Of a DNA stretch of 37,851 bases, positions 18,241 through 26,961 are shown piece by piece. Under the pieces are notes generated by a model. It did no database searches. It saw only the letters and a list, made by a program, of their open reading frames with translations, and was not told the DNA's origin. This stretch comes from Acidimicrobiales bacterium (lineage in GTDB: Bacteria > Actinomycetota > Acidimicrobiia > Acidimicrobiales > RAAP-2): contig JBOGGF010000054.1 of NCBI GenBank assembly GCA_050743965.1, positions 1 through 37,851 on the forward strand, read 5' to 3'. Position 1 is the first letter of the stretch; the number at the start of each line of letters is the position of its first letter. The translations under genes and the position numbers were made by a program.

Positions 18241-19827
18241 TCAGCCGGTCGCGCCCGCCGGACGCTCGCCGCCGTCCGTCACCGCGCCGGCCCGCTCCGG
18301 CAATGCACCGGCGTCCGGCGCCGCGCCGGCCCCCTCCGGCACGTCCAGCTCCCGCCCCGGCACCTGCACCGTCGTCGCCACACGGGCACGGCGCCACCGG
18401 CGGTGCAGGCCGAACGAAGCCACCAGCGCCAGCGCGTAGAAGACGAAGAAGAGGAGAAAGCCGGCGTCGGTCGAATGGACGAGCGCCCGGCTGGAGCGCT
18501 GCGACAGCAGGCCCGCCGTGCCGAGGAACACCCGGGATGCCACGGCCTTGGGCAGGCTGGCCTCTGCAGCGACCAGCGCCAACGTCAACGACAGTGACAT
18601 GCCGACGTTGCGGACGGTGTAGAAGAGCCCGGACCCGACCCCGCTGCGCTCGGACGGGACGGAGGACATCACCGCCTTGAGCATCGCCGGCCACAGGATG
18701 CTGTTGGCCACCGACATGACGACGAGGGGGACCACCACGCCTGCCAGGTCGAGCCGCGGCCCCTCGTGGCCGAGGAGCACGGCGCTCACCATGAGCAGCA
18801 CGGCACCGGCAGAGACGAGGCGGGCCGGGCCGAACCGGTCGGCGAGCAGGCCCCCGAGCGGGGCCAGCAGCAGCTGGGGCACGGAGAGTGGGATCAGCAT
18901 CAAGCCGGCGTCGAGGGCACTCAGGTGAAGCGCCCCCTGCAGGTAGAAGGTGAGGAGGAAGGTGGTGGCGAAGAAGCCGATGCTGTAGCAGCCGTCGACG
19001 GCGAGCCCCCAGCGGAAGTGTCGGCGGGCGAGCAGCCGCAGGTCGAAGATGGGCTCCCGGTCGTGCAGCTCCCACCACGTGAACACGGCGAACAGCCCGA
19101 CGGCGAGCACGAACACCCCCACCGTGGGGAGCGAGCGCCAACCCCAGCTCTGGCCCTCGCTGAGCCCCAGGAGCAGCAGCACGAGCGCCGCCGCGAACGA
19201 CAGCGTCCCGACCCAGTCGATGCGCACCGAGCCGGCGCGCCGATGGCCGGCCGGGATCACTACTGCGCCGACGGCACAGCCGACGAGGGCGAAGGGCACG
19301 GCGACGAAGAACACCGAGCGCCATCCCACCGTGCCCACCAGGGCGCCGCCGGCGATCGGTCCCACGATCAGGCCCATCACCCAGGCGGTCGAGTTGATCC
19401 CGAGCGCCATCCCGAGCTGGTCCGCCGGGAAGGTCGCCACGATGAGCGGCGTCGCCGTCGCCAGCGCCAGGGCGCCACCCGCACCCTGCACCAGGCGCGC
19501 CACGATGAGCTCGGTGCCCGATCCTGACAGTCCGCACAGGACGGTGGCCACGGTGAAGATGGCCAGACCGAGCAGGAAGACCCGCTTGCCGCCCACGATG
19601 TCGGACCACCGCCCGGCCGGCAGGAGGAGGATCGTGCTGGTGATGATGTAGGCGGTCAGCGTCCACAGGCCCACCGTGACCGACGTGTGCAGACCCGCCA
19701 TCAGCTTCGGCAGGGCGATGATGACGATGGTGGCGTCGAGGTTGGTGACGAAGGCGACCAGGGTGAGGACCACCAGGACGGCCCAGCGCCGGCTGGTGCC
19801 GGCCGGCGCCACGGCGAGGTCGGTCAC
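18241..19827 (-). CDS. MFS transporter, DHA2 (EmrB/QacA-like, 14-TM) drug:H+ antiporter family
   Basis: LDATIVIIALPKL, GRWSDIVGGKRVF and VARLVQGAGGA motifs are present in a 528-aa protein. GTG 19827 overlaps the MarR stop (GTGA). The 739-aa track ORF is a run-on. Confidence 0.88.
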   Translation of the reverse strand: MTDLAVAPAGTSRRWAVLVVLTLVAFVTNLDATIVIIALPKLMAGLHTSVTVGLWTLTAYIITSTILLLPAGRWSDIVGGKRVFLLGLAIFTVATVLCGLSGSGTELIVARLVQGAGGALALATATPLIVATFPADQLGMALGINSTAWVMGLIVGPIAGGALVGTVGWRSVFFVAVPFALVGCAVGAVVIPAGHRRAGSVRIDWVGTLSFAAALVLLLLGLSEGQSWGWRSLPTVGVFVLAVGLFAVFTWWELHDREPIFDLRLLARRHFRWGLAVDGCYSIGFFATTFLLTFYLQGALHLSALDAGLMLIPLSVPQLLLAPLGGLLADRFGPARLVSAGAVLLMVSAVLLGHEGPRLDLAGVVVPLVVMSVANSILWPAMLKAVMSSVPSERSGVGSGLFYTVRNVGMSLSLTLALVAAEASLPKAVASRVFLGTAGLLSQRSSRALVHSTDAGFLLFFVFYALALVASFGLHRRWRRARVATTVQVPGRELDVPEGAGAAPDAGALPERAGAVTDGGERPAGATG

Positions 19828-20354
19828 GGTCGCATCGCCGGGGTGGGGACCGCGGTGGTGCCGGAGGGCGGGGGGCGCCGGGAACCGGTCCCTGCGGCGG
19901 CGTCCGGATCGGCGGCCAGCGCCCGGAGCGTGGCCAGGGCCTGGCGGAGCCGGTGCCGTTCCCCGGGATCGAGGGCAGCGCGAACCGCACCGTGCCAATC
20001 GCTCGCGGCGCCGTTGATCCGGTCCAGGGTCAGCGCGCCCGTCATGGTGAGCTCGAACCGCGGTGATCGCCGGTGGAATGGGTTCGTCACCGCGGCGACC
20101 AGCTCGTCGTCCTGGAGCAGGTCGACCACCCGCTGGACGCTCTGGCGGGTGAGCCCGAGTCGCCGGGCGAGGTCGGGCACGGTGAACGGTCCGCTCGCCA
20201 GGGTGAACAGCACCTGCCAGCGGGCCTGGGACTGTCCGGCCGAGCGGGCCACGGCGTCGCCGCGCGCCCGCACTGCCGCCGCCGTCTCGTGGAGCTCGGT
20301 CATGAGCTCGCCGACGTCCGTCCGCCCCGTTCGATCCCCGCCGCCATCGGACAC
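19824..20354 (-). CDS. MarR-family transcriptional regulator
   Basis: Winged-helix segment FTVPDLARRLGLTRQSVQRVVDLLQDDELV. The start is uncertain: GTG 20354 lies only 3 nt from the palindrome, and ATG 20303 (MTELHE) is a plausible alternative. Confidence 0.85.
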   Translation of the reverse strand: MSDGGGDRTGRTDVGELMTELHETAAAVRARGDAVARSAGQSQARWQVLFTLASGPFTVPDLARRLGLTRQSVQRVVDLLQDDELVAAVTNPFHRRSPRFELTMTGALTLDRINGAASDWHGAVRAALDPGERHRLRQALATLRALAADPDAAAGTGSRRPPPSGTTAVPTPAMRP

Positions 20355-20356
20355 AA

Positions 20357-20372
20357 TGACAGAATACTGTCA
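20357..20372. promoter_or_regulatory. perfect palindrome TGACAG-AATA-CTGTCA, candidate MarR operator
   Basis: Seen directly, immediately upstream of the marR-MFS operon in an AT-richer patch. Confidence 0.5.
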
Positions 20373-20412
20373 ATTTCGAGGACGGCCCGACCAATTTCGA
20401 CGGACGGCCGAC
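20371..20412. repeat. two adjacent imperfect 21-bp direct repeats (CAATTTCGAGGACGGCCCGAC / CAATTTCGACGGACGGCCGAC)
   Basis: Seen directly, abutting the palindrome. Confidence 0.7.
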
Positions 20413-20452
20413 GGACCCTCGCCCCGATCGTTTGGAAGAGGGCCCCGCCCGC

Positions 20453-20484
20453 AACCACAACGAGAGATCGACCTCGACCTCTCG
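20453..20484 (-). terminator. candidate intrinsic terminator of the two-component/lipoprotein operon
   Basis: On the minus strand: CGAGAG-12 nt-CTCTCG followed by TTGTGGTT, about 60 nt after the stop at 20545. Confidence 0.35.
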
Positions 20485-20544
20485 TGGAGAGTTAGGCCAA
20501 TAACCCCCCTTTCGCCAGAGGTGATGCCACCCTATCGGCTCGGA

Positions 20545-21117
20545 TCAGATCGGAGCGAGCGAGGTGAACTGCTGTCGGTCGAGCGCGCCCTTCCCCACCG
20601 TGCCATTGCCCGTCGGCACCGCCACCGGTCGACCGCTCACGGTGACTCTCACTCCGTCGACGCCGGGGAAGGCGGTGAGGGTGTAGACGAGCTGCGCGAT
20701 GGCGACGGTCTGCTCCCGCCCGGTGAGAGCGGTGAACGTGCTGGCGACGCTGACCACGACGGTCGATGTGGCCAGGTGCGACAACCGGAGCGGCGCCGCC
20801 GTCGAGATGGGGCTCTCCAGGCCGTCCGTCGCCTCGGCGGTCGTGGGGCCCTGCGCCAGCGCCTGCACGGCTCGACGTACCGATACGGGCTCGAGCACCG
20901 GGCGGCTGACGGCGACGAGCCGCTGGAGCCCGGCGAAGTAGAGCGTGACGTACTGGCTCGGCGAGGCTGGGGTGGTGGTCGGGGTCGTCTGCTGCAGCAG
21001 TCCGGGGGGGACTGTCTTCTTGGCCACCAGGTTGGGCGAGCCGTCCGTGCCGACGCCGCAGGCGGACAGGAGCACCGCCAGCCCGGCCAGGACCAGCAGG
21101 GTGTGGCGACGTCTCAC
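20545..21117 (-). CDS. GerMN-domain lipoprotein (short LpqB-like)
   Basis: Lipobox LLSAC. The segments VTLYFAG and GVDGVRVTVSGRPV are typical of GerMN domains. GTG 21117 overlaps the kinase stop (GTGA). Confidence 0.7.
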   Translation of the reverse strand: MRRRHTLLVLAGLAVLLSACGVGTDGSPNLVAKKTVPPGLLQQTTPTTTPASPSQYVTLYFAGLQRLVAVSRPVLEPVSVRRAVQALAQGPTTAEATDGLESPISTAAPLRLSHLATSTVVVSVASTFTALTGREQTVAIAQLVYTLTAFPGVDGVRVTVSGRPVAVPTGNGTVGKGALDRQQFTSLAPI

Positions 21118-22541
21118 CGGGGCACCGCCGGGAGGGTCACGACCACCCGGGCGCCGCCACCGGCCCGGCCGTCGATCCGGACCCAGCCCCGATGAGCCTC
21201 GACGTGCTCGGCCACGAGCGCCAGGCCGAGCCCGGTCCCGCTCGTGTCCCGGCGGCGGCCGGACGCCGGGCCGCGGTAGAAGCGCTCGAACACCCGATCA
21301 CGCTCCCCCGGCGCCACGCCCGGTCCCTGGTCCTCAACCGCGATATGGGCCCAACCGCCGTCCGTATCGACGGCCACCCGGGTGGCACCGCCGCCGTGCA
21401 CGTCAGCGTTCTGCAGCAGGTTGGCGAGGACGCGCTGCAGGCGTCGCTTGTCCCCCCGGACCAAGAGCCCCGACGCCGCCGGGCTGACCTCGACCGGCAC
21501 CGCCGGGTCGTGGCCGACCACGGTCAGGCGCACCAGTTCGTCGAGTGGGACGTCGGTGAAGTGCACGTCGACCGCGCCCGCTTCCCAGCGCGCCATCTCG
21601 AGCAGGTCCTGGACCATCGCCGAGAACCGGTCGACCTCGAACTGGAGGGTGTCGAGCGCCTGCATCCCGCCGCCGGGCAGCCGGTCTCTGTAGGACCCGA
21701 GGAGCTCGACCGACGCTCCGATCGTGGTAAGGGGCGAGCGCAGCTCGTGGGTCACGTCCGAGGTGAACCGGGCATCGCGCTCGATCCGGTCCTGCAAGGC
21801 GGCGACCATGTCGTTGAAGGAGCTGACCAGGGGCTGGAGATCCGGGTCTGCCGGTACCCGCCGGTCGAGGGTGCCCCCGGCGATCTCCGAGGCGATGAGG
21901 GCCACGTCGCTCAGCGGGCGGATCAGCCGCCGGCTGGCCCACCACCCGGCCAGCGCACCGACGACCGTCGTGGCCAGTGCCGCCACGACCAGCACGGTGC
22001 CGAGGAGGCGCAGCGTGCTCCGCAGCTCCATCAACGGGCGCTCTTCGAAGTAGGAGACCCCCACCGACGGCAGCGGGATCCCCACCACGATCGTCGGCAC
22101 CCCGTCGAGCGACACCCGCTGCTCGGCCACGTGGCCGGCGAGGACCACCCGGGCGATGTCCTGGGGCACCGCGGTGCCGCGGGCCGACGCGGCGCTCGAG
22201 TACCAGAGGCCGTGGCGGTTGATGAGCGAGTGGGCCTCGGTTGTGCTGGCGACCGAGTCCAGTGCCTTGCCGACGTCGGCCGAGGGCGACCGCAGCTCCA
22301 CCTTCACCAAGTGGGCGTTGCCGTAGGCCTCGCGCAGGGCGCTGCTCACCCGCTGGGCCAGGAGGTCCTGGCGGACGACCACGAAGGTACCGAAGGCGAG
22401 CGCAGCCGAGAGGAGGGCGGCGCCGACGGCGAAGGCAAAGATGGTCCGCGTCTGGAGACCGAACCGCCTGCCACCTCGCTCAGCGCCGGTCCGGGCCGGT
22501 GCCTGCACGCCCTCGTCCCTCTCCCCACCGGTCACCGGCAC
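21114..22541 (-). CDS. sensor histidine kinase (MtrB-like: two TM segments, HAMP, HisKA, HATPase_c)
   Basis: H-box FTSDVTHELRSPLT, N-box LLQNADVHG and G-boxes EDQGPGV and GTGLGLALV are present. Two TM segments flank a ~150-aa extracytoplasmic domain. Confidence 0.9.
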   Translation of the reverse strand: MPVTGGERDEGVQAPARTGAERGGRRFGLQTRTIFAFAVGAALLSAALAFGTFVVVRQDLLAQRVSSALREAYGNAHLVKVELRSPSADVGKALDSVASTTEAHSLINRHGLWYSSAASARGTAVPQDIARVVLAGHVAEQRVSLDGVPTIVVGIPLPSVGVSYFEERPLMELRSTLRLLGTVLVVAALATTVVGALAGWWASRRLIRPLSDVALIASEIAGGTLDRRVPADPDLQPLVSSFNDMVAALQDRIERDARFTSDVTHELRSPLTTIGASVELLGSYRDRLPGGGMQALDTLQFEVDRFSAMVQDLLEMARWEAGAVDVHFTDVPLDELVRLTVVGHDPAVPVEVSPAASGLLVRGDKRRLQRVLANLLQNADVHGGGATRVAVDTDGGWAHIAVEDQGPGVAPGERDRVFERFYRGPASGRRRDTSGTGLGLALVAEHVEAHRGWVRIDGRAGGGARVVVTLPAVPR

Positions 22542-22550
22542 CCGAACGGC

Positions 22551-23237
22551 TCACGGTGTGCTGACCAGCTTGTAGCCGAGCCCACGGACCGTCACGATCA
22601 GCTCCGGCGTGCTCGGATCACGCTCGATCTTCGTCCGTAGACCACTGACGTGGTAGTCGACCAGGCGATCGTCGCCGAAGAAGTCGTAGCCCCATACCCG
22701 CTCCAGCAGCTGGGCGCGGGTGACCACCCACCCGGGCGTGGCCGCCAGCTCGCACAGCACACGGAACTGGGTGCGGGTGAGCGAGACCTCCTTCCCCTCC
22801 CGGAGGACGGTACCGCCCTCCCGGTGCAGCTCGACGTCACCGAAGCGCTGCACGGTTCCCGCCGAGCCCGATGCCGCCGCCCGCCGGAGCAGGGCCCGGA
22901 TCCGGGCCGCCAGCTCCTTGGCCACGACGGGCTTGACCACGTAGTCGTCGGCCCCGGCCTCGAGACCGGCGACGACGTCGTAGCTGTCGGAGCTGGCCGT
23001 GACCATGACGATCGGTACGTCGGCGGTGCGCCGCAGCGAACGCGTCACGGCGAAGCCGTCCATGTCCGGAAGGCGAAGATCGACCAGCACGGTGTCGGCG
23101 CCTCGCGCCTCGAACTCCCGCAGGCCTTCCTCGCCGCTGCGGGCCTCGGCGACGGCGTAGCCCTCCTGCTCGAGCGAGAGCGCCAGCATCGCGCGGATGT
23201 GGTCATCGTCCTCGATGAAGAGGATGCGCCGGGGCAC
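22551..23237 (-). CDS. OmpR/PhoB-family response regulator (MtrA-like)
   Basis: Receiver ILFIEDDD...VLVDLRLPDMDG and winged-helix LTRTQFRVLCELA...RGLGYKL are present. GTG 23237 follows GGAAGGGGGG. The track start at 23264 is a TTG without an RBS. Confidence 0.9.
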   Translation of the reverse strand: MPRRILFIEDDDHIRAMLALSLEQEGYAVAEARSGEEGLREFEARGADTVLVDLRLPDMDGFAVTRSLRRTADVPIVMVTASSDSYDVVAGLEAGADDYVVKPVVAKELAARIRALLRRAAASGSAGTVQRFGDVELHREGGTVLREGKEVSLTRTQFRVLCELAATPGWVVTRAQLLERVWGYDFFGDDRLVDYHVSGLRTKIERDPSTPELIVTVRGLGYKLVSTP

Positions 23238-23316
23238 CCCGCCCCCCTTCCTTGAATTCCGCAAACTTCGTCACATGATTGCAACCGGACCTGGGAACGG
23301 TACTGGTACACGTTCG

Positions 23317-24171
23317 ATGCTCGCATGGCACGAACACGACTCCACGATGCCCACTGCCGAACCGCAACGAACCGACGATACGCGATGGCTGAGCGTCGTC
23401 GGCGACCGGGCTGGCACGCTTGCCGGATCGATCCCCGATGATCCGTCGGCGGGATCGCCCCTACGGGGCCGTCCGCCGGGGCCGCCAGGTGGCCCGCAGC
23501 CGATCAGCCCGGACACGCCGGCGCGCCGCTGGACGCCGTCATGGGGGCTCGTCGCCCTGGCCCTCGCCCTGGGTGCCGGGGGGATGGCACTTGGCGCCAC
23601 CGCAGTCGTGACCAGCGCCCACATCGGCTCGCAGGGCCCCGCCGGCACGGTCGGCTCACGCGGCGGGGAGGGACCCCAGGGAGCGCACGGGCCGCGTGGC
23701 GCGACCGGGACGCGTGGCGCGACCGGGCGGCGTGGGCCCGCCGGGTCACCCGGTGCCCAAGGACCGGCAGGGGTGCCCGGCGCCACAGGACCGGCGGGCC
23801 AGCGGGGTGCGACCGGCAAGCCCGGACCGGTCGGACCGGCGGGACCGGCGGGGTCACTCATGGGCAGCACGACGGTCGCCCGGCCGCAGCAGTCGACGGC
23901 ACCGGACCCCCCGGCGGGGACGACATTGACGGCGACGTCGTCCTGCCCGGCCGGTGAGGTGCTCGTGGGCGGCGGCAAGGTGGTGATCACGGGCGGGTCT
24001 ACGGGCTCGGCGAGCGGCTCGGCGCCGGCACCGACGACCGGGGTGGTGGCGCTGGCGTCGTCGTACCCGGCGTCGGGGACCACCTGGCGCACGGTTGCCG
24101 TCGTGGAACGGGCCGTGACGGGCGGGAGGGCGATGACCCTCACGCCGTACGTGCTCTGCGGCAAGCCCTGA
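23317..24171 (+). CDS. membrane-anchored collagen-like (G-X-Y repeat) protein with a Cys-containing C-terminal globular domain
   Basis: TM segment WGLVALALALGAGGMALGATAVV, then 26 uninterrupted G-X-Y triplets (nt 23626-23859, GSQGPAGTVGSRGGEGPQ...GPAGPAGSL), then a ~100-aa Gly/Thr/Ser-rich domain with two Cys. An alternative start is ATG 23347. Confidence 0.75.
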   Translation: MLAWHEHDSTMPTAEPQRTDDTRWLSVVGDRAGTLAGSIPDDPSAGSPLRGRPPGPPGGPQPISPDTPARRWTPSWGLVALALALGAGGMALGATAVVTSAHIGSQGPAGTVGSRGGEGPQGAHGPRGATGTRGATGRRGPAGSPGAQGPAGVPGATGPAGQRGATGKPGPVGPAGPAGSLMGSTTVARPQQSTAPDPPAGTTLTATSSCPAGEVLVGGGKVVITGGSTGSASGSAPAPTTGVVALASSYPASGTTWRTVAVVERAVTGGRAMTLTPYVLCGKP

Positions 24172-24211
24172 ACCACGCGCCGGCACGCCGATCCGGGCTG
24201 CTGCGGTGCCA

Positions 24212-24247
24212 GTGACGTCGGTTGCAGCGGTGACGTCGGTTGCAGCG
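24212..24247. repeat. perfect 18-bp tandem duplication (GTGACGTCGGTTGCAGCG x2)
   Basis: Copies lie at 24212-24229 and 24230-24247. The TTG in copy 2 (24240) is the first in-frame start of the ABC ATPase ORF. In copy 1 the same TTG runs into a TGA formed at the copy junction. Confidence 0.9.
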
Positions 24248-25220
24248 GCGAGATATCGCGCCACCGAGCGGCTACCATCCAGCCCGTGGACGGCGTCCGG
24301 CGATCGCCCTCAGCGGAGTGCACAAGCACTTCGGCACCGTCCACGCCGTGCGCGGCATCGACCTCGTCGTCCAGCCGGGCGAGGTGGTCGCCATCCTCGG
24401 GCCGAACGGCGCCGGCAAGACGTCGACGATCGACATCATCCTGGGGCTCTCGGCGCCGACGCAGGGGACAGCCGAGGTGTATTGGCACACCCCGCACCAG
24501 GCCGTGCGCAAGGGGCTCGTGTCGGCCGTCCTGCAGACCGGCGGGCTGCTCAATGACTTCACCGTGGCCGAGACGGTCGAGTACACGGCGCGGCTGTTCA
24601 GCACCGCCCGTCCGGTCGGAGAGGTCCTCGAGCGCGCCGGGATCACCGCCATCCGCGGGCGGCTCGTGGGCAAGTGCTCGGGCGGCGAGCAGCAGCGCCT
24701 GCGCTTCGCCATGGCCCTCCTGCCCGACCCGGCACTCCTCGTCCTCGACGAGCCGACGCAGGGGATGGACGTCGAGGGGCGGCGGGACTTCTGGCGGTCG
24801 ATCCGCCACGACGCGGCGATCGGGAGGACGATCCTCTTCGCCACCCACTACCTCGAAGAGGTCGACGCCTACGCCGACCGGGTGGTCCTCATCCGGCAGG
24901 GTGAGGTGGTGGCCGACGGCACGGCGGCCGAGGTCAAGAGCCTGGCGGCCGGCCGCACCGTGCGGGCCACCCTCCCCGGCGCCGACCCTGAGGCCTTCCG
25001 TCGGCTGCCCGGCACCACGGCCGTCGACCTCCGTGGCGACACGGTCGTCGTGCGCTCGAACGACAGCGACGCCGTGGCCCGCTACCTCCTCAACGAGACG
25101 GCGGCCCGCGACGTCGAGATCACCGCCGCCGGGCTGGAGGAGGCCTTCCTCGTCCTCACCGGCGCCGACCACCGGACCGGCGAGAGCCCGCCGGCACCCC
25201 AGCCGGTGGCTACCCCGTGA
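24240..25220 (+). CDS. ABC transporter ATP-binding protein (ABC-2 exporter type)
   Basis: Walker A GPNGAGKTS, signature CSGGEQQRL, Walker B LLVLDEPTQGMD and ATHYLEEVDAYAD are present. The start is uncertain: TTG 24240, or GTG about 24318. Confidence 0.85.
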   Translation: MQRRDIAPPSGYHPARGRRPAIALSGVHKHFGTVHAVRGIDLVVQPGEVVAILGPNGAGKTSTIDIILGLSAPTQGTAEVYWHTPHQAVRKGLVSAVLQTGGLLNDFTVAETVEYTARLFSTARPVGEVLERAGITAIRGRLVGKCSGGEQQRLRFAMALLPDPALLVLDEPTQGMDVEGRRDFWRSIRHDAAIGRTILFATHYLEEVDAYADRVVLIRQGEVVADGTAAEVKSLAAGRTVRATLPGADPEAFRRLPGTTAVDLRGDTVVVRSNDSDAVARYLLNETAARDVEITAAGLEEAFLVLTGADHRTGESPPAPQPVATP

Positions 25221-26013
25221 GCCAGGCCGTCGGCACCGCCCCGATCGCCCAGCGCCAGGCGCCACCGCTCGGGGCGTTCAGCCTGGGCGTGGTCCGGATC
25301 GAGGTCCGCCGCCTGCTGCGGAACCGGCGAACGCTGATCTTCACCGTCATCGTGCCGACGCTCTTCTTCTTGATCTTCGGGCTCAACAGCGCCTACGCCA
25401 CCGACAGCTACGGCTCGGGCAACGTCTCGGCCTCCATCCTCATCTCGATGGCCCTCTACGGCGCGGTCCTGGCCACCACCAGCGGCGGTGCCATGGTCTC
25501 GCTCGAGCGCGCCGCCGGCTGGAGCCGACGCTGCGGATCACGCCGCTGTCGCCGGTCGCCTACGTCGCCATCAAGATGGTGACCTCGCTGGTGCTGGCGG
25601 CGGCGGCGGTGGGCGTCGTCTACGTCGTCGGGGCCCTCACCAACAAGCCGGTCATGCCGATGTGGGTGTGGATAGTGAGCGCCCTCAGCGTGTGGCTCGG
25701 CTCACTGCTCTTCAGCGCCTTCGGACTCTTCGTCGGCTACCTCCTGCCGTCGGAGAACGTCATGCAGCTCATCGGGTTCGCCCTCATGCTCTTCTCCTTC
25801 GGGGGCGGCCTGTTCATCCCGCTGAGCCAGTTCTCGCACCCGCTGCGGACGATGGCGACGTACACACCGATGTTCGGGCTCAACCAGCTCGTGCACTACT
25901 CGCTGCTGGGCGGCAGCTTCGACGTCGCCTGGGCCGCCAACCTCGTCGTCTGGCTGGCGCTGTTCGGTGGTGGGGCGACGTGGCAGGTCAGCCGGGCCAC
26001 CGCCCGGGTCTGA
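25217..26013 (+). pseudogene. ABC-2 permease interrupted by a 1-nt deletion (or sequencing error) near 25526-25530
   Basis: The N-terminal part (frame of 25217) reads ...VSLERAAGWSR. It continues in the -1 frame as LRITPLSPVAYVAIKMV... to 26013. The family consensus ERAAGWSRQLR.TPL would be restored by one extra base in CGAC-GCTG. GTG 25217 overlaps the ATPase stop (GTGA). Confidence 0.75.
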
Positions 26014-26053
26014 CCTCCACCGTTCCCGTGATCGGCCGCGGCGGGGACCTGTT

Positions 26054-26961
26054 GTGAGCACCGTCGCCGGCACGCTCGAGCTCGACGGGCTGACGAGACG
26101 GTTCGGGCCGCTCGTGGCGCTCGACGGGCTCTCGTTCGCCGTGCCGCCGGGACGGGTGACCGGCTTCCTCGGTCCCAACGGCGCCGGGAAGACCACGGCC
26201 ATGCGTGCGGTCTTCGGGCTGACCGACCTCGACGCGGGCTCGGTCCGATGGGAGGGGCGGGACATCGGGGGCCCGGAACGGCGCCGGTTCGGCTACATGC
26301 CCGAGGAGCGCGGCCTGTACCCGAACATGCTCGTCGGGGAGCAGGTCGAGTACCTCGGGCGGCTCCACGGGCTGCGCACGGTGGACGCGGTGTCGGCTGC
26401 CGGCGAGTGGCTCGAGCGCCTGGAGATCGCCGATCGTGCGCACAGCCGGGTGGAATCGCTCTCCCACGGCAACCAGCAACGGGTCCAGCTCGCCCGGCCC
26501 TCGTCCACCAGCCCGAGCTGCTCGTCCTCGACGAGCCGCTGGCCGGGCTCGACCCGGCCGGCATCGACGCCATCGGCAGGGTCCTCGTGGAGCGGGCCCG
26601 CGCCGGGTGCAGCGTGCTCTTCTCCAGCCACCAGCTGGACCTGGTCGAGGACCTGTGCGACGCCGTGGTCATCATCGACCACGGAAAGCTCGTGGCCACC
26701 GGCGACGTCGACGAGTTGACCACCTCCGGCGCCCGCCGGCTGTCGGTCAGGGTCGAGGGCGACCGGGACGGCTCGTGGGCCCGGCACCTGACCGGCGCCG
26801 AGATCTCCGAGGTGAGGGCGGGTGCCGTGCGTCTCGTCCTGGAGGAGGGCGCCGACAGCGAGGCGGTGCTCGACGCGGCCCGGGCGGCCGGGCGGGTCCT
26901 CGAATTCGCGTTCGGGCGCCGGCGGCTCTCCGAGGTCTTCCGTGAGGCGTTGGCACCATGA
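26054..26961 (+). pseudogene. ABC transporter ATP-binding protein interrupted by a 1-nt deletion (or sequencing error) near 26493-26497
   Basis: Walker A GPNGAGKTT and signature LSHGNQQRVQLA lie in one frame. ALVHQPELLVLDEPLAGLDP (Walker B) and the rest lie in the -1 frame up to 26961. The break falls in a GCCCGGCCC context. Confidence 0.75.

Noticed and set aside
25500-25540. Programmed -1/+1 ribosomal frameshifting as an explanation for the split ABC permease (and the ATPase at about 26495).
   Set aside because: There is no slippery heptamer (X XXY YYZ), no in-frame rare or stop codon with an upstream SD-like stimulator, and no downstream pseudoknot-like structure. A one-base deletion restores the family consensus exactly.
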